Notes: generated by a model not told the origin, from the sequence alone. DNA of 64,000 nt from Dictyostelium discoideum (GCA_000004695.1 CM000155.2:1920001-1984000); one strand, 5' to 3'; counted from the stretch's first letter, positions 15,538 to 28,465 are shown. Numbers and translations are program-made.

Positions 15538-17563
15538 TAATAAAAATACTGATGTTTCATTTGATGAGAAATCAATTGAAGATCAAGAAAACATTGATCC
15601 AAATCAAGGTGGTGGTGGTGGTAATAATGATGGTAATCCTTTATTATCAAGTAAAATTACAAATCGTGATGTATTAATGAAACAATTATTCTCAAAGGAT
15701 GAAGATGAAGGAAACCAATTTGATCAAGAAAGAGATATGGTAAAAACAATTGAAAGAATTGATTTATTAGTAAAGGGTAAAGATACTCCAAAGTTTGAAA
15801 TTTTCGAAGATTCAACTTTAGCTTCAAGTCAATTACATTCAAAGAGTGTTAGTTTAGCTGATAAGGTTGCAAGTAAAAATAAACAATTAAATCCATTGGA
15901 ACAATCTCAAAATCCATTGAAAAAGTCAATATTAGGTAGTAGTGGTATCAATGGTATCAATGGTAATAATGGCGGTTTTACCATTTTCCAAGACCAACCA
16001 AACCAAGAGAAGAAACAACCATTACAACAATCACAATTACAAAATCCATTGAAAAACTCAATCTTAGGTATCAGTGATGCTAATGGTAATGGTGGTGGTG
16101 GTGGTAGTGGTAGTGGTAGTGGTGGTTTTACAATTTTCCAAGATCAAGCAGCTGAAGAAAAAAAACCATTTAATGAGAAAGAACAACAACAACAAGAAGA
16201 AAAAGAAAAAGAAAATAAAATAGAAGAAGAAGAAGAAGAAGAAGAAAAAGATAAAGAAAAAGAAATTAATTATCAAAATATTACAGGTAATATTACAAGT
16301 ACAATTGATCCAACCACAGTAATTATTTGTAGTTTAACACCAGATGATGGTATTGTTAATCCATATTTAATTGATCACCAATATTTATTGGAACAACACG
16401 TATCAGCTACAGTTCAATCAATTCAATCATTTTTTAATGTTGGAGATGATTTGGCACCACTACCAGAACAATTGGACCAATGTGAACCAAATCAACTTTT
16501 TGAGGATAATAGTATTATTGTTCAATGGCCATTCTCTGATATCACAGTAAACTTTACCAAATGTGTTTGTAAATCAACTATGGATGGTAGTATGACATTT
16601 AAAGTGGAAAGAATCGATGATCTAGCTATGACCACCTCTGAAGACAGTTGGTTGTCTTGTAAGGTTCAAGATCCACCCTCAATTTGGGAATTTTATATTG
16701 GAAATCAAATCCATCAACGTTTACAAGAGAGATCATTGACAATTAGTAACTCTAAATTCCCAACCATCCATTCCCTCTACTATTATACCGATAAATCCAT
16801 AATGTTAATGGATCATACTATAGATCAGGGTACTTTGGACGACGTGGTTTCAAGCACCAATGGCGTACCAATGGAAGAACCATTGGCAATGTTCCATTGT
16901 ATAGAATTGTTGAAAATGATTGAAGATTTACATTTGGTTGGTATCATTCATGGTAATATTTGTGCAAATAATTTACACTTTTTATTCGGACAAACCTCTG
17001 ATTGGCCTGATTGGACAGCAGGTGAATGTAAAGGTGCTTGGAAGAGTAAAGGTTTCACATTAACCGATTTCAGTAGATCAATCGATACAACAATCTATAG
17101 TCAAGACGCCAGATATCAATCACCAATTGAACTCTTACCAATTGGTACACCATTAGAATGGTTAAAAATCAATCAATCATCAACAACCAACGTTGGTTGG
17201 TCTTATAATTTAGATTATTTAGGTATTTGTAAAGTTATGTTTCATATTTTAACATGTGGTAAAGAAGAATTAAAATTATCATTGTCTCAACAAACTGGAA
17301 AATTAGAAATTATAAATCAATCAATAATTCAAAAAGATTCATTTTCTGAACTTGATACCTTATGGTTACCATTTTTAACCACATTGTTAAATCATAATGG
17401 TGAAAATGGTAATCAACAAACAACAACAACAACATATATATTAAAACAACAAAGAAATCTTTTTGAAAACTATTTACAATCAAATCCAGTTAAATCAAAA
17501 ATTAAATCTTTATTAAGAATTCAAAATATTAAATTATTTGAATCAATGAAATCAAAACAATAA
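13350..17563 (+). CDS. Mad3/BubR1/Bub1-family (MadBub) spindle-checkpoint protein. It has an N-terminal KEN box, a TPR-like Mad3/Bub1 homology region, a KEN-ABBA cassette and a C-terminal kinase-like domain. Exons are 13350..13483, 13617..14245 and 14406..17563.
   Basis: Exon 1 ([23 protein letters not shown]) matches BubR1 KEN box 1 (WELSKENVQPLRQGR). Exon 2 ([50 protein letters not shown]...[10 protein letters not shown]) matches the BubR1/Bub1 N-terminal TPR domain. The C-terminus ([18 protein letters not shown]...LTDFSRSID...[18 protein letters not shown]) aligns with the Bub1 kinase catalytic and activation loops. The donor at 13484 and acceptor at 13616 give split codon CA|A. The donor G|GTAAGC at 14246 and acceptor TTTAG|AT at 14405 give split codon G|AT. 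Confidence 0.8.
14256..14362 (+). repeat. Intronic (TAT)n microsatellite, about 35 units, in intron 2 of the MadBub gene. A (TTA)~20 run lies in intron 1 at 13490..13551.
   Basis: Read directly from the sequence. The ORF-track poly-Tyr tail of ORF 13717..14376 is read-through of this intron. Confidence 0.85.
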
Positions 17564-17752
17564 AAAAAAAAAAAAAAAAAAATTTACTAAAAATAAATTA
17601 ATAAAAAAAAAAAAAGAATAAATAAAATTGTATATTTTTAAAAAATTAAATAAATAAAATAAATAAATAAATTATAAGGGGTAATTTATGAAATATACAA
17701 TTTCTTAATATTTAAATATTATATATTTTTATTATTATTATTATTATTATCA

Positions 17753-18921
17753 TTATTTTGGTAATGGAATTGGATTCATATTTCTTAACATAAATAATGG
17801 TGGTGCAATTTCATTATGAGTTTCACATTCAGCTAAATCATGACCAAATGGAATTCTACCCCATGTTTCTGATTGATATTCCTCTTCTAATGCAATTGTT
17901 TGATAAAGATTATCTAATCTTAATTTTCCATAATATAATGATAATGCAACTAAAAATGATTTTGATGATTGTGAAATTAATTGTAAACATACTAATTCCC
18001 AATTATTCATTGAATGTAAATGTCTTTCAATTTTCTAAATTTTTTTTTAAAAAAAAAAAATATATATTAATAAAAATATAAATATAAACTATCTATTTAA
18101 ATAAATTATAATTTATATATATATATTACATCTAATAATTCTTTTGGATGTTTTGAAATTGAAAGATGTGTTGAAATTGAAAATGGAATACCATAATATT
18201 CATTTGCAAATTGAAGTATTGGTTCATATAATTCACTTTGTAATTTTTTAAGTTTTGAATCATTCTTTTCTCTATTACAAATTGGATCTGTTGCTAAATG
18301 ATTAATAAACTCTCCAATGATTTTAAATCTACCTTCTGGTCTTACATCTAAACATGATATAATTGTTTGTGTCTTTTTTTTTATTTATTTAATTTTATTA
18401 GTATTATATTTTAAATTATATTATATATTTTTATATGTATGTATAAAACTTACAATTGGTAATCTAGATGGTTTAATATATTTTTCTTGAGCTCTCCATT
18501 CAGCAGCTACAGCATATGCAATTTCTTTTGAAGGTGTAATAATGACATGATTTGAAGGAGTTCTAATTTTTCTTTCATCAATTAATGGATAATAACCTTG
18601 GTCAGGATTTTCAGGTTCAGTTCTACACATACCAGCTGTTTTATACCATCTTAATGATGAACCATCACTTTTAACACCTTCTAATAAAACATCACCTTTT
18701 AAAAATTTTGAACTTTGTGGTTTTTCCATAACTTCTTTAACTATCTTTTTTTGTTCTTCTAATTTAATGCTTGCTTTTAATTCTTCTGATAATTCTACTG
18801 TATTATCATCTTTAATTATAAATTGAGTTTGATTGCTCTTATTATTAGTTGATGTTGTAGTGAATGTTTTTCTATTAGATAATAAAATGTTTTTATTAAT
18901 TAATCTTAATGATCTAATCAT
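17753..18921 (-). CDS. ATP synthase F1 assembly factor ATP12/ATPAF2 homolog. Exons are 18921..18454, 18372..18130 and 18034..17753.
   Basis: YYPLIDERKIRTPSNHVIITPSKEIAYAVAAEWRAQEKYIKPSRLPI and TIALEEEYQSETWGRIPFGHD match human ATPAF2 (KLKTPQAKLFTVPSEALAIAVATEWDSQ...LEEEYQIQKWGNIEWAHD). The GTAAGT donor at 18453..18448 and the GTAATA donor at 18129 join acceptors AG|ACACAA (18372) and TTTAG|AAAATT (18034). All junctions are phase 0. Confidence 0.8.
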
Positions 18922-19457
18922 TTTTATTTAAACTACTAAATATGTTGTTTATACAAATAAATTAATTAAAAAAAAAAAAAAAAAAAAAAAAAATCTGATT
19001 AAAAAACGACAAATTTCAAAAAAAAATAAAAAAATAAAAAAATAAAAATAAAAAAATAATTTAAAAAAAAAAAAAATAAACCAATAAAAGAATATTTTGA
19101 AAATTTATTATTATCTTGTGTGAATTTATAAAATATTGAAATAAAATAATTAAATAAAAGATAGAACAATTACTTACTTTTTTTTTAAAGTAAGTAAAAA
19201 AAATAATAATAAAAAATACCAATTTAATTTTTTATTTTATTATTTTAATAAATTTAAATATAAATATAAAAAAAAAATAATAAAAAATAAAAAATAAAAA
19301 ATAAAAAATAAAAAATAATATAAATGAATTATTCCATTTTGGTGGGTTTTACTATGAATGGTTAAATTCAAAATAAATAAATATAAAAAGAAATATCTTC
19401 AGAAAATTTTTTTTTTTTTTTAATTTTTTTTTTTTTTAATTTTTAATTTTTAACATA

Positions 19458-19492
<35 letters not shown>

Positions 19493-19702
19493 ATTTTTAG
19501 TAACAATCAAATATAAGATTTCTTATATTGGATACGTGGTGTACTTTTGTGTTTGGGTGGATTTTATTATTTATTTATTTTAATCATCATTTTTATTTGT
19601 AATATATTTCATTTTTATCACACAAAACACACACAAAACACACACTCACAAAAACACACACTCACACATAAATAAATACACAATAATAAAAGAAGAAAGA
19701 AA

Positions 19703-21723
19703 ATGGAGAAAAGAAAGAGTATATTTTTTGCAAATGATAGTGAAGATAATACATCATCAGGAGATTTAAGTAGTTTTACAAAACGTGGTACAATTACACC
19801 AGGTAAGATTGCAAATGCACGTGAAGGAGAGTTATCACAAATGATTGATGTTGAATCGGAACAGAAATATCAAGAAATTATTGAACTTTTAGTTACAGGT
19901 GGTTATTTTAGAGCACGTATTTCAGGTTTATCACCATTTGATAAAGTTGTTGGTGGCATGGCTTGGTCAATCACTGCTTCAAATGTTGATGTTGACGCTG
20001 ATTTATTCTTTCAAGAAAATTCAAATATTAAACAAAAAGTGTAAGTTTAAATTATTATTAAATTATAGTTGTAGATTTTAAATAATATATAAACCAATAA
20101 TAATAATAATAATAATAATAATTTTTTTTTTAAAAAAAAAGATCATTATCAGAAGAATTAATTAAAGCATTAAATCGTATGAAATGTCCATTTCCATTAC
20201 AAGCACAACATATTACATTATTGAATTATATAACATTATTTCCAATTATAAGATGGTTAATTACAAAAGTAATTGAAACACGTGAAGAAACAGGTGATTT
20301 ATTGAGAATGTATTCAATTTCAATGTTTAGTAAAGATTATATAGCACCAATTGATGAAGATATGAAGAAATCATTGAATGAATCATGTGATTTTATAGAG
20401 AGTGTAGAGAAAAGATATAAACCAACTCGTAAATTTAAAAGAGCCAATAATACCAAATCAACACCAACTCAAACATTATTGGAATATGGTAAATTACATC
20501 GTATTTCACGTTTACCAACAAATATAAATGAAAATAAAGAAGCTGCACAAAAATTAGAATCACAATTGAGTGGTAAGGATGGTAGTGGTAAGGATACAAC
20601 TGAAGCAGAACGTGAGGAGGAAGAGAAAAGAATTAAACAAATGATGAAAGGTATGAAAGGTGTAGAGGGTGATGCTTTGTCAAAAGTTAGTGGTGGTGTA
20701 TTGAAATCATTTTTACCATCAGAGGAGATTACAAATCTATCGGAACGTTATGGTGATATGTCTGATTTGGGTGGTGCAGAAGGTGCAAAAATGATGGCAG
20801 AGAAATTACATCGCCAAAAGATTACAAATTTGGAGAAACTAATTCAACAAAAGAATCAAGAATTGGAACAAATTATCAATGCACATTCTGAACGTCAAAC
20901 AGAGTTGGAACAACTTCAATTGCTTGTTGGTAAGAAACAAGCATTCAATGAACGTATCATTAGAGAGACAGAGAAATTGGATGCATTGGAAACACCAGAG
21001 AATACTAAAGCATTACAAGCACTACGTTCATTGGTACTATTGAATGAAACATTGATTGCTCAAGAGGAACTTTTCAAACAATCTTGTAAACGTCAAATGG
21101 TAGAATATAAACAAAAGATCGAACAACTCTTATCACAAGATGCCTCTACTCAAGAGGATCTTCAAGACAGTGATAGACAACAACAAATTCAACAAGCATT
21201 CGATAGTGATATTGGTAAATTAAAGAAATTGAAATTATTACTCAATAAAAAGAATAGAGATATCTCTTTGATTCAACGTTATCTCGATGAATTACCATCT
21301 CGTGCCGAACTATTACAATATCAAAGACAATTTGTTGAATTATCCGAACAAAGTAGTTCGAAATTAACCGAAACCAGACAATACTATACAACCTACAATA
21401 CCTTTGAAGATAAGAAAACACTTTTAGAAAATGAACTCTCAATTCTCAATTCAATTCAATCCAAATATAGCATAGCTATGTCTTCAACAAATAATAAAGA
21501 ATTATTCATTAAATCAATGGATCAAATCATTGATGGTATTCAACAAGTTTTAGATAAATCTGAAAATAAATGGAATGTTGAAAAAGTTCGTCATGATACT
21601 TTATCTGATCAATATATGACTTTATTAGATCAAGAGAGAAATTATTATAAATTAACAAAAGACTTTGAAGAAGAATGTAGAAAGAATGAATTATTAATTA
21701 AAAAATTAAATGAATTACAATAA
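19703..21723 (+). CDS. CCDC93 homolog, a subunit of the CCC/Commander complex. Exons are 19703..20040 and 20142..21723.
   Basis: [53 protein letters not shown] matches human CCDC93 ([50 protein letters not shown]). Further matches are [14 protein letters not shown] and [24 protein letters not shown]. The GTAAGT donor at 20041 and acceptor at 20141 give split codon GT|A. Confidence 0.8.
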
Positions 21724-22131
21724 ATAAATAAATAAATAATAATAAAAAAAAAAAATTAAAAAAAATAAAATAAAATAATATAAAAATAATAAAATAATTG
21801 ATATTTTTCCAAATCTAAAATTATTTATATACATTTTGATAGGTAATTGAATTTTATGTCATTTTTACTTGAGAACCTATTTTTTTAAAAATTTTATTTA
21901 TTTATATTTAATAACTCGATATTTTTTTAAAAAATGCCGAGTTAATTATAACTAATTCAATTATCCACTGAACGGTCCAATGGTATTTGATATATTATAA
22001 ATTGTTTTTTTTTTTAATTAATTTGCACACAAATTTTTTTTTTTTTTTTTTTTAAATTTTTTTTTTTTTAATTTTAAAATTTTTTTTATTTTATTTTTAT
22101 TTTTTTTTTTTTTGGTGGTTTTTCAAAAATC

Positions 22132-22162
<31 letters not shown>

Positions 22163-22431
22163 ACAAATTCAATCATTACCACTTTAAAGCGACATTTAAA
22201 ATAATTTAAACATAATTTTTGTAGATACTTTACAATAATTTGAATGAAAAAAAAAATAGGGATATAATATTTTTTAAAGAGACATATATCCCGTAGAGGA
22301 TAAATAGTTTTTTTTTAAAAAAAAAGATTTCCCAAAAAAAAAAAAAAAAAAAGGAATTTTGGCCCCAGGCTCAAATACCAACCCACCCCAATGTAATTTT
22401 TCCCCAATCCCAACAACAAGCCCAACTTCAA

Positions 22432-22592
22432 ATGATGTTATATAAAGATATTAAATATTCAATAAATTCATGGATAACCCCCAGGGTTTTAGTTATATCC
22501 TCCCCCCCCGGATCAAAAATATTTCAAAGATTTGGTAATAATACTTCCTTAGAACAAGTTTTTTTTCCATATTTTTTAAAAAAAAAAAAAGG

Positions 22593-22642
<50 letters not shown>

Positions 22643-23468
22643 GAAAATCATTATATACTAATAAAAAATTCACTATTTTTTTATTAAATAAATAAAAGTT
22701 AATATAAAAGTAAATGATTCATCATATGAATTAAATGATTTTAAAGTTAATTTTGTAACATTAAAAGATTATGAACAACAAATTCAATCACAAATATTAA
22801 AAGATACATCATCATCAATAGATTCATTAACGACTGATGAATATCATCCAAATTTTAAATTAAGAACAAAACAAGATGTACCTTATTTTCAAAAGAGTAA
22901 GTAATAATAATTAAAACGACTACATTTTTATATATAGAAAAGTAGAAAAAAAAAAATTAATATATTAAATTAATATAATTATTATTATTAGTTTGTCAAG
23001 AACCAACACCATGGTTTGAAAAATATAGACATCAATTTATAAAATCATTACATAATTTAGATTTAGAAACATTTACACATCCAATTGCAGTTATATTAGC
23101 AGTATCATCAGAGGATTCAAATCCAATTGGTACTTTGGTTAAAATGTTTGAAAAACCACCACCAATCTTTCAACAATTAGGTATTGAAGTAACTAATATT
23201 CCAAAGATATATATGTTAATTCATCCAGATAATGCTCATACAGAGAGTGAAAAGAGATTAAATGAAATGAAAACAACTTTTAATACAAGTACTTCTTATC
23301 TTTTAAGAGTTAATACAAAAGAGGATCTTTGTGGTTTAGCTTTCGATCATTCAACTTCTCATTTAAATCCTTTAACAAATATTATAAATGGTATACTTTC
23401 AAAAGATATTCCAACTTATTTTGAAAAAGAAATTGGTGGTTTAAATGATAGTGTATGTAAATTTAATA

Positions 23469-23503
<35 letters not shown>

Positions 23504-26500
23504 AAAATTAATAATATATTTTTATTTTTTTATTTTTTTATTTTTTTTAAAAAAAATAGATTGCAACAAATAAAAAAAGTTTCTTTTCAAAAGTTAAAGC
23601 ATTTAGATTTGGTGGTAAAAAGACAGAAGAACCAACAGAAACTGAAAATCCAAAGAATTCAGTATCAGTTGAACAATCAATTAGAAAAGTTGCAGATCTT
23701 TATTTCCTTTTACAAGATTATGAAAATGCATTATCAAATTATAAAACTTATGCAAAAGAATTTAATAGTGATAAATCACCTGGTTTTTTTGCTGCTGCAA
23801 ATGTTTGTATTTAATAATTATTAATTATTAATTTATAATAATAATATATTTATTAATTTTTTTTTTTTTTTTTTTTAAAAACTTTTTTAAAAGGAAATGA
23901 TTGGTTTATGTAATTATATGATTAATAAAGAATGTGAATCATATTTTGAAATTTCATATAATAATTATATAAAGAGTGGATTAATTCATTGTGCAGCAAG
24001 AGTTACATTAATACATGGTTATATAATGAAAAAGAAATCGAATTTTAAAGGATTATCAGATTTATTTAAGACAACAGCAGAACTTAGAGATATTGATCCA
24101 TTTTGTTCAGCGATTTTATGGGAACAAGCAGGTTTTGCATTATTACAAACGGCACCATCACCAATGTTTAGAAAAGCAACCATGAGAATTGTAATGGCAG
24201 GTGATAAATATTCAGAGGCATCAAAGAGAAAGCATGCATTGAGATGTTATAGTTTTTCATATTCAGTATATGAGAGTAGAGATTGGAATTTAATAGATGA
24301 TCATCTTCATCTATCATTGGTACGTTATTCATTTTTCCAAGGTCATACATCGGATGCCATCCTATTTGTAAATAAATTATTGGAGAAGAATTGCCAATCC
24401 TTTCAAAAACAAAATTCAATCATACGTGAATTCCTTTACATTAGTAAAACCTATACAAAAGATAACTATATAGGTGAATTACCAATACCATCGATTAATA
24501 ATGAATCAATCTCTGTTCATTTAAATGATTATTCACCCGATGGTAGTCAATCGGTTTGGCAAGAAATGGAAGAAGCATTTAAAAAAGAAGCTCAAATCAC
24601 TTCGAAACCTCAATTACAAGGTTTTGATCTTTGGAAACGTGATCTTTATTTTGAAGCTGAAAAAGAAAGAACTGCAGTCGTTGAAGAACAAATTACAATT
24701 GAAGTTGAAATTAAAAATCCACTTCAAATTCCATTACAATTTAATCGTGTTCATTTAGTTGCGACTTTTAAAGAATTATCAACAACAACAACAACAACTA
24801 CAACTGGTGGTGCTGGTGGTGGTGATTCAACTTCAACTTCAACAACAACAACAACTCAAACTGAATTACCAAAAGAAGAATCAAATATGTCACCATTAGA
24901 TGATTTAGCAATGAATAAAATGAATAATGGATTATTACCATTTAAAGTTGAACCAATTGATATTTTATTATTACCAAGTGAAACTAAAAAAATTGTTTTT
25001 TCAATTCAACCATTAAGACCAGGTAATTTAACAGTTAAAGGTTTAGGATTATGCATGTGTGGTGCAATTTGGGGTAAACGTGAATTTAAATTAAAGAATA
25101 AACGTTTAAATAAAACTAGACAACAAAGAGAATCCATTGTCTATGAACCAAATCTTTCAACCACTTTTCGTGTCACTTGTCCAATGCCACGTTTAGAAGC
25201 ACAATTTGTAGATTTCCCAGAATCACTCTATCATGGCGAGTTAAGACAATTGAAATTGGTACTAAAGAATTGTTCCAATAAAATGGGTTTAAAGAATGTA
25301 CGTGTTCGTCTTAGTCATCCAACTGCAATTTGTTTTGGTAGTAATAGTGATGATGCATCATGTATAAAGAAATTGGATCAATCTGTATTTTTAGATGTAG
25401 CATTACCACCAAATGCCACTGTAAACGTTCCATGTTGGGTTAGAGGTATGACTGTTGGTAGACATACATTACGTTGTTTGGTTTACTATGAATCTGAGGC
25501 TGGTAATACCGATTTAAAATATCGTTTAGCAAGATGTCAAACTCAATTTGATGTACGTCCTTCCATTAGAATCTCTTCTTTATCACAACAAAGTTCAACC
25601 AATTTAAACGCTTATCTATTGGGTGTTGAAGTTGATAATCCAATCATTGGTGGTGCTGGTGATAGTTTTCATATTAAACAAATCTCTTCAATTAGTAAAC
25701 ATTGGAAAATTCAACCACTTAGTTATTCAACTGATGTACCAACACCATCAATTGTTTCCTTAAATCCTGGTAAATTTACAAATCTTTTCTTTAGAATTAT
25801 ACCTTCAACAAATATTAGTGGTGGTGGTGAAGGTATTATTGAAAATAAAAATGATGAAATTTCAATTACAAATATTAGTTTTTATAAAAATGAACCAATG
25901 TATGATTCTTCATCTTTTCCAACTTTTCATTTTTTAGAATATGAAAAATTAACAATTGATCAATTACAATTGCAACAACAACAACAACAGCAACAATTAC
26001 AACAACAACAAATACAACAACAACAACAATCACAATTAAATCAATCAACTAATAATAATATGAAACAATCAACAAGTAATAGTCAATTAAATTTATTATC
26101 AAATAATAGAGATATTATTGATAATTCATTAAATGATAATCATCCAAATCATATTGATTTATTAATTTATTGGGAATGTGATAATAATAATAGAATGGGT
26201 GTTTTAAATTCATCAAATATTTCATTCTTACCAACTCATTACAATGATCCATCTTTAGCAATACCTTGGGGATCTTGGAAAAATACAACTTCACCCTCTG
26301 GAAAGAGTATACTGTATCCATCACTTAAGCTACCATTAAGATATCAAATTAAATCTGATCTCTTGATTAAACATAACTTTGAAAAGGAAAGACTTTGTAC
26401 TGTACCATTAAAGTTACAACTTTCAAATTGTTCATTCATTCATCCACTCTGTCTTTCAGTTGAAACTTTATTACCTCATGAAAATATCGATCAAACTTCT

Positions 26501-26716
26501 CATTCAACTTGTCAATACTTTTGGACTGGTATAACAAAATATAATATCGAATTGAAACCTCAAGAAATTATCAATGTTGATTTACATGTTTGTTTTGCTC
26601 AATCTGGTGTATTTAATATAAATCGATTTAAAATTAATGTAAAATTATCAAATGAAATTCATAAAGAAATTTATTCAACAATTCAACATTTAATAAATAT
26701 TGAATCAATTAATTAA
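22432..26716 (+). CDS. TRAPPC8 (Trs85) homolog, TRAPP-III subunit. Proposed exons are 22432..22534 (tentative), 22711..22896, 22992..23452, 23560..23802 and 23894..26716.
   Basis: TPWFEKYRHQFIKSL...HPIAVILAVSSEDSNPI...IYMLIHPDNAHTESEKRLNEMKTTFNTSTSYLLRVN, VRKVADLYFLLQDYENALSNYKTYAKEFNSDKSPGFFAAAN, FRKATMRIVMAGDKYSEASKRKHALRCYSFSYSVY and the C-terminal ...CFAQSGVFNINRF all align with human TRAPPC8 (IRKMADLCFLVQHYDLAYSCYHTAKKDF; VRKYAFHMILAGHRFSKAGQKKHALRCY). Donors are GTAATA, GTAAGT, GTATGT and GTTTGT. Intron phases 1, 1, 0, 0 are all consistent. Confidence 0.8.
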
Positions 26717-26829
26717 ATAAAATAAACTAAAATAAAATAAAATAATAAATATATATAAACAAATTAAATTAAAAAAATATATATAAACCTTTTTTTTTTT
26801 TTTTTTTTTTTTTTTATTAAAAAAATATT

Positions 26830-26976
26830 TTAAGTATTAAAATCCATTAATTGAATATTTATATTTTTTATTGATTTAAATAAAATAATTAAATTTCCAA
26901 ATTCAAATGATAAATTACAAATACTTTTATTTGAATTTAAAATATTATTATCATTATTTGAATTAAGTTTTTCATG

Positions 26977-27011
<35 letters not shown>

Positions 27012-27477
27012 AAAATGATTCAATTTTAAAAATTATTTGATTATTTATTGATTGTTTTTGCACAATTTTTAAAATATTTGGATTTTGACAATTCCTTTTT
27101 AAAGTTTTATATATGTTTTCTAAAATATCGACCAATACTAGACCAAACATATCTTTTAGCTTTTTTGGTAATAAGTTAAAGTATATATTTTTTAAAGATA
27201 TTTCATCAATGGACCAATCATTTTTTGAGGATATAATTTCTTTTATATCATTCAATTTATTTCCAATTTTTTCTATATTTATTTCAATATTATTTTTTGT
27301 TTCTTTTGAAAAATATTCATTGTTTGTCAAATAAAATAAATTATGATTATTATATTTATAATTATTTTTAAATTGTTTATTTTCAATATCTTTATTGATT
27401 TTTAAATCATTTTTATTTTCTATTTTAAGACTATTTTCAATTAATTGTAAATTGGTTTTTAATTGATTTTCTTTCAT
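26830..27477 (-). CDS. Hypothetical small K/N/I-rich protein (215 aa) with a poly-Asp tract.
   Basis: An ATG-initiated ORF. It is low-complexity, which is typical for this genome. I recognise no family. Confidence 0.3.
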
Positions 27478-28172
27478 AATTCTATATATTTATTTTTTTT
27501 AAATAACTAATTAATTATTTTTTATTTTTTTTTTTAAAAAAATTATTAAAATTTAATAATAAATAATCTTACCTCATTGCAATTAATGACATTTTTTTTT
27601 TTTTGGTTATTTTTATTAAAAAAAAAAAAAAAAAAATTAAAAATTTAAATCATTTTATTTATTAAAAAAAATTAAAAAAAAATTGGAAATAAATTGAATG
27701 ATATAAACAAGAAAAAATGAAAAAATATCGAAAATTTTTGGAAAAAGAAAAAAAAAATTTGGTAAAAATAATTTTTTTTTTGATTTTCTCTTAATATCAA
27801 ATAAAAAATTATATAAAAATAAATCAAACTGATTGGCAGATTGGGATAAATAAAAAATAATTAATAATAAATAAAAATAGATAAATAAAAAAATAAAAAA
27901 ATTATAAATTAATTATTTTTTTATTTAAAAAAAAAATAAATTTTATTTGTTTTCTTTTTTATTATTAATTTAAATTAAGAGAAGAAATTAAAAGTTTTTT
28001 TTTAAAAAAATTATGCATCTAATAAAAAAATATACACTAGTTCTGGAATACAGTATATTTTGCAGGTTAGTTTTGTTAATTTTATTATTTGTTTGGTAAA
28101 GTCATTTGGGTCTTAAAAATTACCTGGGTCTTTTTTAAAAAAAAGTTACAGTTTATTCACTTTTTAATAATT

Positions 28173-28184
28173 AGGAATCGAACC
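28173..28184 (-). promoter_or_regulatory. External B box downstream of initiator tRNA-Met.
   Basis: The minus strand reads GGGTTCGATTCC, about 33 nt 3' of the tRNA end. The spacing matches the tRNA-Gly exB. Confidence 0.5.
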
Positions 28185-28216
28185 CTTGATCTATAAATAA
28201 TTTTAATTTAAATATT

Positions 28217-28288
28217 TAGCTTCTCTAGGTTTCGATCCTAGGACCTCGAGGTTATGGGCCTCGCACTCTACCCCTGAGTTAAGAAGCT
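28217..28288 (-). tRNA. Initiator tRNA-Met (anticodon CAT).
   Basis: The minus strand reads AGCTTCTTAACTCAGGGGTAGAGTGCGAGGCCCATAACCTCGAGGTCCTAGGATCGAAACCTAGAGAAGCTA. It has an A1:U72 end pair, three G:C pairs closing the anticodon stem, anticodon loop CCCATAA, and a T loop AUCGAAA (A54/A60). These are the eukaryotic initiator signatures. Confidence 0.85.
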
Positions 28289-28412
28289 GTCGATACAAGC
28301 TAGTTGAACCGTATGATTTTAAATAATTTGGATATACAATCACTACCATAAAAAAACTTTTTAAATAATATTACAAATAATAAAAATTACTCATTATTAA
28401 CTTGACTCATAG

Positions 28413-28465
28413 GTCTCCCACTCTGAGTTAAGAAGCTGTCGATACAGGCTTGTTGAACATGATAT
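28413..28465 (-). pseudogene. Truncated duplicate of the 5' ~25 nt of tRNAi-Met plus ~25 bp of its 5' flank. It has no B box and no 3' half.
   Basis: GTCGATACAGGCTTGTTGAAC + AGCTTCTTAACTCAGAGTGGGAGAC mirrors 28262..28315 (GTCGATACAAGCTAGTTGAAC + tRNA 5' end). Confidence 0.5.

Noticed and set aside
15337-16276. Minus-strand and plus-strand short ORFs inside the MadBub exon 3
   Set aside because: They are off-frame products of AAT/GAA repeat stretches within a strongly supported long ORF.
17797-18081. Plus-strand 94-aa ORF, and 19899..20081(+), 21242..21442(-), 24168..24419(-), 24525..24758(+), 26115..26324(-) and 27113..27334(+)
   Set aside because: They overlap, in antisense or off-frame, the confidently assigned genes ATP12, CCDC93, TRAPPC8 and the small K/N-rich ORF, and have no family resemblance.
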